Assembly (NCBI GenBank): GCA_027036135.1
Contig: JALVSY010000016.1
Span: 192,001 to 256,000 of the forward strand
Direction: 5' to 3'
Source: Pyrodictiaceae archaeon
GTDB lineage: Archaea; Thermoproteota; Thermoprotei_A; Sulfolobales; Pyrodictiaceae
DNA length: 64,000 nt
This document shows positions 29,358-39,067 of the stretch, piece by piece (within the stretch, counting starts at the first letter, position 1; each line of letters starts with the position of its first letter). Both the position numbers and the translations under genes were made by a program. The notes under the pieces were generated by a model that searched no databases, was not told the origin of the DNA, and was given only the letters and a program-made list of their open reading frames with translations.

Positions 29358-29843
29358 GTGCCTCACAGGAAGAGGAGCAACCCACGGCTAAGATGGAGAA
29401 AGAAGTACGAGGCGCTCCTAGGCATAGAGAATGCCGCCCAGGAGCTGGGAGAGTACCTTATCCACTACATTGACCGAGCGCTTGGTCTCCTCGCTAGCGG
29501 CGAGCATAAGAGGGCTAAGAGGCTCGCTAAGAGGGCTCTGCGCAGAGGCCACGCAAGCCTAGTCGGGGTCAGAAGGGATAAGAAGGGATTGGCGCAGCTC
29601 GTAGACCACCTCGTAGTCAATGGCAGGGGCGGGATAAGACACTACGGCATCCACGGCGCACGGGGCTGGAGCCCCGAACATCCCGATGAAGTCCAATTTA
29701 AGAACAAGCGGGGAGAAGACCTAGAATGGGAAGAAATAGGCGAGGTAGAGAAAGAGGGCAGGCTCTGGCCAGAGAGAACGAGGCGCTGGAAACGGGCAGG
29801 CAGGAAGAGCAACCCTAATAAGAAGAGACGTAGCTACTCCTAG
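29358..29843 (+). CDS. Highly basic hypothetical protein
   Basis: 161-aa ORF, R/K-rich, RKRSNP and RKSNP at the two ends. Confidence 0.6.
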   Translation: MPHRKRSNPRLRWRKKYEALLGIENAAQELGEYLIHYIDRALGLLASGEHKRAKRLAKRALRRGHASLVGVRRDKKGLAQLVDHLVVNGRGGIRHYGIHGARGWSPEHPDEVQFKNKRGEDLEWEEIGEVEKEGRLWPERTRRWKRAGRKSNPNKKRRSYS

Positions 29844-30031
29844 CTCGGTGGAGAGCCCCGCGGGCGAATGACGCCGCCGGGTGGCGGGGAGCCACTGCGG
29901 GGCGAATGATCCGAGGCCTTGTTCTCCCATAAGCACTTATTACTAGTGTTCTCCGGGATTATCCCCCTCGGAGAGCCCGGGGGGATGTGCGCCGAGGAGC
30001 GGCTGAACCCCGCCGACGGCGAATGACCCGC
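29844..30031 (+). ncRNA. Two tandem GC-rich hairpins, each with two K-turn-like motifs
   Basis: Three copies of GGCGAATGA facing G(A/G)GAGCC (Kt-7-like), plus a GATGTG/CTGA pair. Confidence 0.55.
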
Positions 30032-30141
30032 ATGCTTTCTTCTCCTTGCTTGGTTCTAGTCTTGCCTGTTTCTCCGCACATTGCTTACTTGGTCTTTCTT
30101 GGATGCTTCTATTCCGTGTCTAGCAGGCATAGGGGATTTGT

Positions 30142-30481
30142 ATGAGTACAAGTATAGCGATCAGCCATGGTTATACAGAGTGGCTGAGAGACGTGGACAA
30201 GGAGACAGCTAGGCTGATAGTGCTTTGGGCAATCCAGCTCTACGGGCCCAAGAAGCTAGGCATAACGCGCTCATACGCGCACCAGCTCCGCCGAGGAGAA
30301 CGACAACCCAGCCAAGAGCTCCTAAACCGAGCACTAGAAACAATGACAGCAAAAGACTTATTGCAACTCGTAAGAATACTCGGAGACTACCATGGAGAGT
30401 GCTGGGCCCGTCGTCTAGCCTGGTTAGGACGCCGCCCTCACACGGCGGAGGTCCGGGGTTCAAATCCCCGCGGGCCCACCA
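30142..30481 (+). pseudogene. Orphan integrase N-terminal fragment (HTH) reading through tRNA-Val
   Basis: HTH-like KLGITRSYAHQLRRGERQPS, then the in-frame tRNA translation WARRLAWLGRRPHTAEVRGSNPRGPT. Confidence 0.65.
30404..30481 (+). tRNA. tRNA-Val(CAC)
   Basis: GGGCCCGTCGTCTAGCCTGGTTAGGACGCCGCCCT-CAC-ACGGCGG...GGTTCAAATCCCCGCGGGCCCACCA. Confidence 0.97.
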
Positions 30482-30623
30482 TTCCTCTAAGTAATTCCTA
30501 CATGCCTCGTCCTTGGAGGAAATGTTCCGGGCACAAAGCATATATAGGGTCTTCGTGGCAAAAGCGCCTCTGGCCGAATCCTTGCCTAGAAGGAGGCCGA
30601 GAAGAGAACTCGGGGGAACAGCG

Positions 30624-30920
30624 TTGAAGTTCTGCCCGCGATGCGGCGGCTTAATGATACCAGTAGGCAAGCAAGGAGACAAAATTATACTCAAGTGTAC
30701 AAGATGCGGCTACGTAGAGGTCGTTGATAGTAAGCAGCTCAAGGATTATACGCTAAAGGAGGAGACACCTGCTGAGGAGCGAACGATAACAACGCTGAAA
30801 GTCAGTGAAGCTAAGAAGAAGCCGCCTAAATCGCTTGAGGAGTGGGAGCAGGAGCGAGAGGAGTACCGAGAAGTATTGCAGGAACTGCTGCAAGAAGAGC
30901 TTGAAGGCGGTGAAGAATAG
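30624..30920 (+). CDS. TFS/RpoM-like zinc-ribbon protein lacking the C-terminal ribbon
   Basis: KFCPRCGGLM...KCTRCGY; TTG start at 30624; acidic tail. Confidence 0.8.
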   Translation: MKFCPRCGGLMIPVGKQGDKIILKCTRCGYVEVVDSKQLKDYTLKEETPAEERTITTLKVSEAKKKPPKSLEEWEQEREEYREVLQELLQEELEGGEE

Positions 30921-31046
30921 CATACAACGATAGTAGGTGTATGCATTCAATTGCATGTTACTAGCCGAATAATACCTGGCTTCCTGCCTATTTTGATAAA
31001 GACTTTAGACCCGTATTCTTGGCAGTAAATAGTTAATGGTGTTGGT

Positions 31047-31134
31047 GCGGGGGTGCCCGAGCCAGGTCGAAGGGGGCGGGCTTAAGACCCGCTGGCGTAG
31101 GCCGGCGTGGGTTCAAATCCCACCCCCCGCACCA
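31047..31134 (+). tRNA. tRNA-Leu(TAA)
   Basis: GCGGGCT-TAA-GACCCGC anticodon arm, long variable arm, CCA. Confidence 0.97.
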
Positions 31135-31262
31135 ATAACTTAACCATCAAATACGTTTGCTCATTTATCTAACCTCTCGATACATATCTATTCCTGGCTG
31201 CTATTCATAATGCTTAAATAGTGTGCTGTACTGCTAGCCTTTCCCATAGATTTCTTCTATAG

Positions 31263-32915
31263 TTGCAGTCTCTTGAGGGAGCCGTGGTGCAGGTTGAGAG
31301 AAGGATAGGGTTTCGTGAAGCCTTTAGCATTGGAGTCGGGGGCATGATTGGTGGCGGGATATTCGCGGTCCTGGGTCTCAGTCTAGAGCTTGCTGGGGCG
31401 GCAGCCCCGGTAGCCTTTCTCTTGGCAGGCATCATAGCTCTAGTGACCGCATATTCCTATGCTAAGCTTTCCTTGCGTTTTCCTAGTCGCGGTGGTACTG
31501 TTGAGTTCCTTGTACAGGGTTTCGGCACGGGGGTTCTCTCGGGCGGGTTAAACGTGCTCTTACTTGCCAGCTATGTTGTAATGATATCGCTGTATGCCTA
31601 TGCTTTTGGAAGCTATGGCGCGAGCACCGTTCATGGCGGCTGGCTTGTATCACATATTCTTGCGAGCCTAGCAATACTCGCATTTACTATTGTTAATGCC
31701 TTTGGTGCCTACGTGAGTGGGAGTGTTGAGGACGCTCTTGTCTTCTTCAAGCTAAGCGTACTAGTACTAGTAGCGGCGATAGGGCTGCCGCTTGTGGAGT
31801 GGGCAAAGTTCTCGCCGAGCCACTGGCCCTCGTCGCTGAACATACTAGTTGGTGGCTTGATAATATTCCTGGCATACGAGGGCTTCGAGCTAATAGCGAA
31901 CGCGGCAGCCGATGTTGAGTCGCCCAGGGTCCTGCCAAGGGCGTTCTATGCATCAGTGATCGTCGTTATCACCGTGTATGTGGTCATAGCTTTGGTTTCA
32001 GCGGGGGTGCTAAGCCCCGAGGAAGTGATACGTGTAAGAGATTATGCGTTAGCAGAGGTCGCTGCAAAGGGCCTTGGCTCTGCCGGGTTTCTCCTAGTAG
32101 TTGCTGCTGCTCTTGCCTCGACGGCATCGGCCATCAACGCCACGCTGTACGGCACCGCAGGCATTAGCTACATTGTCGCAAAGTATGGCCAGCTACCGAG
32201 GGAACTTGGTAAGAAAATATGGCGTAATGCCCCGGAAGGTCTTGTGGCCATATCTCTACTATCCCTTGTCCTTGTTAACACAGAGGGTCTCGAGGCAATC
32301 TCTTTCACCGGTAGCGGAGGCTTCCTCCTAGTCTTTGGCTTCGTAAACCTAACCGCGTACAAGTTAAGGAAGAAGATAAGGGCTAATCCACTATTGACGC
32401 TCCTAGGTGCTGCTCTAGCATTTACTGCCTTGGCGATAATGACCTATAAAACAATCATAACTAGCCCCTTTCAAGTAGCCCTATTCGCAGCAATAGTAGC
32501 TATGTCATTCATAATAGAATATACCTATAGGGCTATTACGCATAGAGAACTCGAAAGATACATTGATGAAAACCTGAGGGCACGAGAAGAGGCAATAGCT
32601 AACTGGGATAAATGGCTTCCAAGTGTTATCAAACACATAGTCAGTAGGCTAAAAGCAATAGAAGTCTACCTAGTTGGTAGTGTTGCTCGAGGAGAACTCC
32701 ACGTCGCCCACGACGTTGACATACTCGTTGTAACTGAGGCCAAGATAGCCGAGGACGAAGTGAAAAAACTGGTACACGAGCTCCGAGAAAGAGGTATTCT
32801 AAAACACCACCACCCACTGGATATCCATGTATCAACACTGGAAGAAAGGGAGAAATGGCTACAACATAGCAAGAAGTATAAGACTTTATACCAGGGCAAG
32901 AAGAGTAATGAGTGA
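31263..32915 (+). CDS. APC-family amino acid permease fused to a C-terminal minimal nucleotidyltransferase domain
   Basis: GGMIGGGIF, FLAYEGFE, about 12 TMs; tail VYLVGSVARG...DVDILVV...DIHV. Confidence 0.85.
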   Translation: MQSLEGAVVQVERRIGFREAFSIGVGGMIGGGIFAVLGLSLELAGAAAPVAFLLAGIIALVTAYSYAKLSLRFPSRGGTVEFLVQGFGTGVLSGGLNVLLLASYVVMISLYAYAFGSYGASTVHGGWLVSHILASLAILAFTIVNAFGAYVSGSVEDALVFFKLSVLVLVAAIGLPLVEWAKFSPSHWPSSLNILVGGLIIFLAYEGFELIANAAADVESPRVLPRAFYASVIVVITVYVVIALVSAGVLSPEEVIRVRDYALAEVAAKGLGSAGFLLVVAAALASTASAINATLYGTAGISYIVAKYGQLPRELGKKIWRNAPEGLVAISLLSLVLVNTEGLEAISFTGSGGFLLVFGFVNLTAYKLRKKIRANPLLTLLGAALAFTALAIMTYKTIITSPFQVALFAAIVAMSFIIEYTYRAITHRELERYIDENLRAREEAIANWDKWLPSVIKHIVSRLKAIEVYLVGSVARGELHVAHDVDILVVTEAKIAEDEVKKLVHELRERGILKHHHPLDIHVSTLEEREKWLQHSKKYKTLYQGKKSNE

Positions 32916-32978
32916 TGATGTTCGCTAGGGCAGACCTCGTCACCCTAATGGGATGAAGACTTATGGCGGAGGCTGATA
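32910..32978 (+). ncRNA. C/D box sRNA overlapping the permease stop codon
   Basis: C GTGATGA 32912, D' CAGA 32931, C' ATGAAGA 32953, D CTGA 32973; 12-13 nt guides. Confidence 0.75.
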
Positions 32979-33043
32979 TTATCCCATGCGCAAGACATTT
33001 TTTACTAAAGAACTCCTAGGCTAGAGCCTATGGGTGAACCACT

Positions 33044-35101
33044 ATGAAGCTGAGAACCCTTACTGTACTGATCATACCCTTGCTATTATTAATACCAATA
33101 ATCGGCGTGGCTCATAGCGAGCAAGGATACATCTGGATAAGAACCGTGACGATGCTAGTACCAGCTGTCGCTGAGACGCCTCAGGGCTATGTTGGCGTTG
33201 CATCAAGGCTCGTGGTCTCCGTTGCATATCCGGGTCATGGCATAGTATACTTCGCAGCAGAACCGTTAACACAGCTTGATACACAAGCCGCTGCAAGGAT
33301 AGCAGCAATAGTCGCATCTATCCTTGCAGGAACTGATTTCTATTCATACGATTACTTCATACACTTAAAAGCAAACTCAACAATAGTTGGGGGCCCGAGC
33401 GCCAGCGGAGCAATGGCTGTAGCCATTCTAGCCGCGCTGAGAGGAAAGACGATACCAAGCAATTTCTCCATGACGGGGATGGTTGACCCAGACACAACTC
33501 TTGGCCCAGTGGGCGGAATTCCCGAAAAGCTAGAAGCTATGGCTAGGAACGGCGTCAAGGTATTCGTTATACCGGCAGGGCAATCAATAGCCCTTGACCT
33601 AAACACTGGGCGCTACGTGAATGTCACCGCTCTCGGAAAAACACTGGGGGTAAGGGTAATAGAAGCTGATACGATCCTTGATGCCTATATTGTTGCCACA
33701 CATGACAAGGAGCTACTTATGCACATAGAAAGGCTATTAAATAAGAAGATGAATATATATGAGAAGTTTCCTTTGCTCAAGGAAAACCTCCTAGGCGTAA
33801 TAAAGACATTTATGAAACAAGGTAACACAAACCTAACATGCGCACAGAAGCTCGTAGACCAATTAGACCCAGCTATAAGGGGGTTTGTAGAGAAACTCAT
33901 TAAGGAAGCAAAAGAATACCTTGTAGAAGAGAATCGACTTGAACAGCAGGGATTATTCTACTCAGCTGCATCAAGGGCCTTTGCGGCCGCCATAGACTCC
34001 TCGATTGCTTGTAGTGTAGCTAGCTCGTTTAGCTCAAAAAATGTTCTAGACTCCTTGAGAAATCAAGCACAAAGATACATAAACGCGAGCAGCTCAATAA
34101 TTATGGAGGCAAAGAACTCTCTGAAGAAAATGCTTAGTAGGAGTCTGAACGTGGTTGAGCTACAAGTCGCTATAGCTGCAGAGAACAGGATAGATTCTGC
34201 TAACTCAGCTATAAGCGAAGCAAAGTACTATGTAAGAGTAGCAAACCAGACCACGGGTTTCGGCAAAGTAGAGGCTCTCCTCAACGCCGTACAAAGCGCG
34301 GTATATGCATACTATAGGGCAATAACTGTTAAGCAGTGGCTAGATCTTCTAAGCTTAGCCAAGCACGTGCACTCTATTAGGATAGACAAGAAGAGAATAG
34401 CAGGACTAGCAGAGAACTATTACTATATAGCCTCATCGGCTGCGACATACCTACAAGCCTTAGCGAGCAGCGCAGGACTAGTAGTCTCTCCGCCTAGCCA
34501 GTTAGCAGAAGCAAGCAAGATACTAGCAAGAGGAACGCTACAACACAACGTGACTGCTGCACTCCGTGTCCTAGCAATAAGCATAACATCGCTCTCCAAT
34601 ATAGCTACAACAATACATAAGGTATTCAACACAAATACTGAGAAGACCCTGAAAGCTAGCAGGAAGGCATTAACAATTCTAATTGGGCTCGACGAGGCAA
34701 ATAATGCGACACCAATACTCCCAGCCCTCTACGCAGAATATGCATCAATACAACAAGACATTGAAACACAGCTATCACTCTATATGCAAGCAGCTAGCTA
34801 CGCAATTCTACTCAGCGCACTCACGCAACATCGCCAGGGACAAGTCACGGTGGCAAAAACCACTTCCCCAGCCACCAAAACCGTGACAAAGACAGTTACG
34901 AGAACAGTGACAAGCACAGCTACACAAACAAAGACCCTTGTAAAGACAATTACGAAGAGCATACCCACAACGATAACAATGACGAAGACAGAGACATTTA
35001 CAAAGACACGGTCACTAACCAGCTATATATCAAGCCTGCTTATAGCCGCTATAATAGGGATAGCAATAGGCTATATAATAGGTCGCTCAAGGCCCCTATA
35101 G
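33044..35101 (+). CDS. Secreted membrane-anchored S16 (Lon-like) serine protease
   Basis: GGPSASGAMA, GPVGGIPEK, signal peptide, Thr-rich linker, C-terminal TM. Confidence 0.88.
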   Translation: MKLRTLTVLIIPLLLLIPIIGVAHSEQGYIWIRTVTMLVPAVAETPQGYVGVASRLVVSVAYPGHGIVYFAAEPLTQLDTQAAARIAAIVASILAGTDFYSYDYFIHLKANSTIVGGPSASGAMAVAILAALRGKTIPSNFSMTGMVDPDTTLGPVGGIPEKLEAMARNGVKVFVIPAGQSIALDLNTGRYVNVTALGKTLGVRVIEADTILDAYIVATHDKELLMHIERLLNKKMNIYEKFPLLKENLLGVIKTFMKQGNTNLTCAQKLVDQLDPAIRGFVEKLIKEAKEYLVEENRLEQQGLFYSAASRAFAAAIDSSIACSVASSFSSKNVLDSLRNQAQRYINASSSIIMEAKNSLKKMLSRSLNVVELQVAIAAENRIDSANSAISEAKYYVRVANQTTGFGKVEALLNAVQSAVYAYYRAITVKQWLDLLSLAKHVHSIRIDKKRIAGLAENYYYIASSAATYLQALASSAGLVVSPPSQLAEASKILARGTLQHNVTAALRVLAISITSLSNIATTIHKVFNTNTEKTLKASRKALTILIGLDEANNATPILPALYAEYASIQQDIETQLSLYMQAASYAILLSALTQHRQGQVTVAKTTSPATKTVTKTVTRTVTSTATQTKTLVKTITKSIPTTITMTKTETFTKTRSLTSYISSLLIAAIIGIAIGYIIGRSRPL

Positions 35102-35965
35102 CCATGGAACATCTTCTGGATCCCTTGGCTCAATACTCACGTTGATCTCTTTTCCCGTTATCTTCTTGAGCATTGATTGTAACTCCTCGGAGAGTTCATC
35201 GTACCGCTCGCCACTCTTCCTAGCATTGGATGGATGCGCCCTACGTGGTATCCAAACCTGAATAACCAATGCCTCCGAGCGCAGCGTTATCCTCGAGACC
35301 TTGTAGTCTAGACTATTAGCAAGCTTCTCTGCTACAAGCCAAAGCCCGCTCCTTTGAGAAAAAGCCCTCCTGGCCTCCCCGACGGGGTCGCTTCCCGCTA
35401 TTGACGAAATGTTTCTAGCAAGCAACAATACGTACTCAGGCACGGGATCGTCAACATCAAATTCCTCGAAAAGTCCCTCCAAGAGGCTAGCCCGTCTCGC
35501 AGTATCAAATGCCTCTAAGACGCTTAGCTGAGGAGCGGTCTCTAGGCCACAGCATGTTCGTGTACTTATCTCGGCAAGTGTCTCCGGCAACGACCTCTCC
35601 TCCACAAACATGAGCCAAGCAGCTGCTATTACTGAGCTTCGACCACAGCCGCGAAAGCAATGAACTAGTACTGGCTCTTTGAACTTCTTAAGCATCTTCA
35701 CGATATCTACTAGTGTTGGCGCGTTATACTCGCCTATCGGGCGCCAAATAATCCTTATCCCCGGCTTAAGCCTAGGCAAGGCTCTAGGATCGTAGCCAGC
35801 ACTAAGTACGTGCTCGCTAGGCGGTGAGAGAGAAACCACTGTGTTAAACATACTAGCTATTTTCTCTTCCTCGCCTAGCCTAGGCATGGGGGATACCGCT
35901 AATCTGTTTTCACGGATCCAGCGAAGCTTGAGGCCAGGAGCCCATGTAGTACTCAATGCATTCAC
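35096..35965 (-). CDS. Dual-specificity/tyrosine protein phosphatase
   Basis: VHCFRGCGRS (CX5R). Confidence 0.85.
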   Translation of the reverse strand: MNALSTTWAPGLKLRWIRENRLAVSPMPRLGEEEKIASMFNTVVSLSPPSEHVLSAGYDPRALPRLKPGIRIIWRPIGEYNAPTLVDIVKMLKKFKEPVLVHCFRGCGRSSVIAAAWLMFVEERSLPETLAEISTRTCCGLETAPQLSVLEAFDTARRASLLEGLFEEFDVDDPVPEYVLLLARNISSIAGSDPVGEARRAFSQRSGLWLVAEKLANSLDYKVSRITLRSEALVIQVWIPRRAHPSNARKSGERYDELSEELQSMLKKITGKEINVSIEPRDPEDVPWL

Positions 35966-36351
35966 CCTGTTTGCTCCATTATAGGTACATACCTAACTAT
36001 ACAATCCTTGATACTCGTTAAAGCTGAGTGAAGCTCAGCTATCTTCTTAGAAGAGCCCTTGACGACCAGAATATCCACGCAGAGATCCCCTATGTGGTGA
36101 TGCATATTGCTGAGCACTATGTCCCGGTACTTCTCTATTATTTTGGCCGTATCCCCGCTTCCATTCCGTTTCACAGCTATCATTACTCCCTTACATTCAT
36201 GCTCATACAAGTAATGAGCATACTCGTGGAGAAACGACTCCAGCGCCCTCTCGACGAGCCTAGACCTATCAACACCGAGTCTCTTAGCAAGCTTATCAAG
36301 CCACTCAGCAATGCTAGATGAGACTGAGATACCAAACCTCCTCCTACTCAT
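35962..36351 (-). CDS. NikR-like RHH metal-responsive regulator
   Basis: N-terminal RHH; MHHHIGDLC. Confidence 0.8.
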   Translation of the reverse strand: MSRRRFGISVSSSIAEWLDKLAKRLGVDRSRLVERALESFLHEYAHYLYEHECKGVMIAVKRNGSGDTAKIIEKYRDIVLSNMHHHIGDLCVDILVVKGSSKKIAELHSALTSIKDCIVRYVPIMEQTG

Positions 36352-36368
36352 TACTCCTCGTCCCCGCG

Positions 36369-37244
36369 CTACTGTCTTCCATAGAGGCTAGCTACTGCAT
36401 AAATAAGGAGCATAGATACACCAACAGCCCCAGAAGGTGATACAGGAACCACCATACTAATAAGCATACCCAAGGAGCCAGCCGTCATGGAGGCAACTAG
36501 CGAGACAAACAGGGCCTCTCTAGAACTCTTACCATAACTAGCTCCCAGGGCACCAGGTAAGAGAATCAATATATGCTCAAGAACAAAACCAACAACCTTA
36601 ATGAGAGAGACAACAACGGCTCCGAGAAGAGTAAAGAACACCAAGTCATAGAGCCAAATAGGCGCGCCAGTAAGAAGCGCTGAGTCACGGTCAACACCGA
36701 GGTATATCTGTGCATCAAATGTCAGTACTACACCAACAATAGTGATAATAGCCACTATGGAGGCTATAACGAGTTCGCGAAACGTTACTAGGAGGGGGTC
36801 TCCAAATACCACAGACATTATGTCGAAAGACACCGGTAAGCTAGTCTTAATATAGTATGCTGCGAGCACGCTAAAAGAGCTGGCAAACGCGACCAGGATC
36901 GAGGTAGCTAGATCCGGGTCCACCCCCTTAAATATGAGATAACCAGCAAAATAGATAACGATCACACCCATAAGGATAGATAATGCATAGATGGCATAGA
37001 TTGATGACAAGCCTATGCCAAGCCAATACGCGGTTATCACTGCGCTAAGAGCCGCGAATAGGGCTGAGTGAGGACTTGCACCTGCTAGGAAGTACAAGCG
37101 CCTAGCCGCTATGATTGAGCCAACTAAGCCAAAGAGAATGCTAGCAATAAGTAGTGCAAGAGCTGCGGCTAGCTCAACTCGGATAGCAAAGGAGTAAACC
37201 ATGAGCAAGTCAAATATTATCAGAGAGATAGCGAGCTTTCTCAA
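36369..37244 (-). CDS. Metal (Zn/Mn) ABC transporter permease
   Basis: Multi-TM protein; HSAL, FGDPLLV. Confidence 0.85.
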   Translation of the reverse strand: MRKLAISLIIFDLLMVYSFAIRVELAAALALLIASILFGLVGSIIAARRLYFLAGASPHSALFAALSAVITAYWLGIGLSSIYAIYALSILMGVIVIYFAGYLIFKGVDPDLATSILVAFASSFSVLAAYYIKTSLPVSFDIMSVVFGDPLLVTFRELVIASIVAIITIVGVVLTFDAQIYLGVDRDSALLTGAPIWLYDLVFFTLLGAVVVSLIKVVGFVLEHILILLPGALGASYGKSSREALFVSLVASMTAGSLGMLISMVVPVSPSGAVGVSMLLIYAVASLYGRQ

Positions 37245-37251
37245 AGGTATC

Positions 37252-38169
37252 TCACCTCGTTGAGAATATCGAGTAAAGAGCCTTGACTTGTACTATAATG
37301 GTTCCCAGCTTATCTGGTATAGGCTCCTGTAATAGGGGAGATGGAACGCAAAGAACCGGTACCTTATACTGCTTGGCTAGAGCTAAGGTCTTTTCATCAG
37401 CCTTACCCATAGGAGTACATTTACCCAGACTAGAGCTAACTATTACTGCTATCTCCGCTCTACGACTAGCCAGGAGCTCCTTTACTTTCTCGAATTGCTG
37501 GCTAGTTATCCCTGCCTCAGGGCTAGTCATCATTAATGCCTTGAGCCTTATACCTAGCCAACTAACCGCGTATTGTACTAGAGGAGTTGAGCCGACTCCT
37601 TGTACGTCTAGCCTAGGACTGGACTCGGTTATTTCGGCTACTCTGTCGGAGATTTTTCTCGCCATTGCCAAGTAGTGCGAGCTACACGCTGGACGTAGCT
37701 CCGCTAATCTCTTCGCAACATAGTTCACAAATACTATGTAGTTATGTGGATCATATATGGGCATATGCAAGTTAGGAGAAGAAGTGCCAATAATGTTCTC
37801 TATCTTAATGCCAGGTATTCTTGGTATCTCTACTAGCTTTTTGCTGTCAATGTAGTCTCTTAACTTTATCTCGAAGGGTGCATGCCCTGTAGATATCACT
37901 AGGTCCGCTCTTTTTGCCTCCTCTATATCCTCTAGGCTTAGAGTATAGGTATGCGGATCAACACCGGGCGGTACAAGACTAATAACCCTATCTTGTGGGC
38001 AAAGTAGTTGTTTAACATCACTAGCTAATGAAGGAAAGGTTACTACTACTAAGAGGCCCTTACCCTTGCTCTGTGTACTGTATTGGTTAGGCGAGGTAAC
38101 TGTAACGTATCCAGCTATCAATACTCCCGCGATAATTATCGCTAATGAGGCCATCAGTTCGCGGTCCAT
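37252..38169 (-). CDS. Metal ABC transporter substrate-binding protein (ZnuA-like)
   Basis: LVPPGVDPHTY, NLH...DP. Confidence 0.88.
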   Translation of the reverse strand: MDRELMASLAIIIAGVLIAGYVTVTSPNQYSTQSKGKGLLVVVTFPSLASDVKQLLCPQDRVISLVPPGVDPHTYTLSLEDIEEAKRADLVISTGHAPFEIKLRDYIDSKKLVEIPRIPGIKIENIIGTSSPNLHMPIYDPHNYIVFVNYVAKRLAELRPACSSHYLAMARKISDRVAEITESSPRLDVQGVGSTPLVQYAVSWLGIRLKALMMTSPEAGITSQQFEKVKELLASRRAEIAVIVSSSLGKCTPMGKADEKTLALAKQYKVPVLCVPSPLLQEPIPDKLGTIIVQVKALYSIFSTR

Positions 38170-38216
38170 CGTTAGTCGCCCTTGGCTAGCTAGGATGGCT
38201 TAGAGCCCCGGATGTA

Positions 38217-38259
38217 TTGTGCACAGATATTTATAGAAGTTAATATTAGTTGTGCACAG
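38217..38259. promoter_or_regulatory. Candidate operator: two TTGTGCACAG copies in the divergent metal-ABC promoter
   Basis: Copies at 38217-38226 and 38250-38259 flank an AT-rich TATA region. Confidence 0.5.
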
Positions 38260-38275
38260 TAGGGGGTTGTAAGGT

Positions 38276-39067
38276 ATGCAAGAGTACTTGCTGAAACAAC
38301 GCACCAACATTCATGGCCTGATAGTGGAGGTAAGGGATCTCGAGGTAAGGTACAGAGACATAGTAGCTGTTAGAGTTGATAAGCTACGGCTGGAGGGCCC
38401 AGCCCTTGTACAAGTACTTGGGCCAAACGGAGCTGGTAAAACATCATTGCTTAGAACTATGCTTGGCCTCATAAAGCCGAGCAGGGGCAGGGTAATTATC
38501 TGTGGTAGAGACGTTACTGCTAATCCCAGGGAGGCTGGTAAGTGTACAGGCTATGTCCCTCAAGTCATTACGCAGAGTACCCATTATCCCGTTACCCCCC
38601 TTGAGCTTGTAAACTATGAGCTGCGGCTACGTGGGCTAAGAAAAACCCGCACAGAGATCGAAGACCTGCTAAGAGCTGTAGGCTTATCACCGGAGGCCTG
38701 GAATAAACCACTAAGAGAGCTTAGTGGCGGACAGAGACAAAGAGCATTCATAGCAAGAGCACTTATCCATAACCCCGAGGTATTATTAATGGATGAGCCC
38801 TTCTCAGCGGTTGATCCGAGAGGCAGGGCAGCACTAGCAAGGTTTATAGGTTCTCTTAGCAAGGAGAAGCTCGTAATAGTAACTAGTCATGATCCAATGC
38901 TTCTACTGCCCTATACATCCACTATAGTCTTGATTAACCGTAGCATAGTGGCGATTGGACGCCCAGAAGAAGTTCTTAACATGGAGCTACTTGAGCGTGT
39001 TTACGGCGAGGCAGTAATGTGGGTTGAAAGACACATCCATATAAGTGATAGCCATATCGCTACTTAG
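38276..39067 (+). CDS. Metal ABC transporter ATP-binding protein
   Basis: GPNGAGKT, LSGGQRQR, LLMDEP. Confidence 0.92.
   Translation: MQEYLLKQRTNIHGLIVEVRDLEVRYRDIVAVRVDKLRLEGPALVQVLGPNGAGKTSLLRTMLGLIKPSRGRVIICGRDVTANPREAGKCTGYVPQVITQSTHYPVTPLELVNYELRLRGLRKTRTEIEDLLRAVGLSPEAWNKPLRELSGGQRQRAFIARALIHNPEVLLMDEPFSAVDPRGRAALARFIGSLSKEKLVIVTSHDPMLLLPYTSTIVLINRSIVAIGRPEEVLNMELLERVYGEAVMWVERHIHISDSHIAT

Noticed and set aside
34850-35010. ACA-rich repetitive stretch
   Set aside because: Thr-rich linker of the S16 protease
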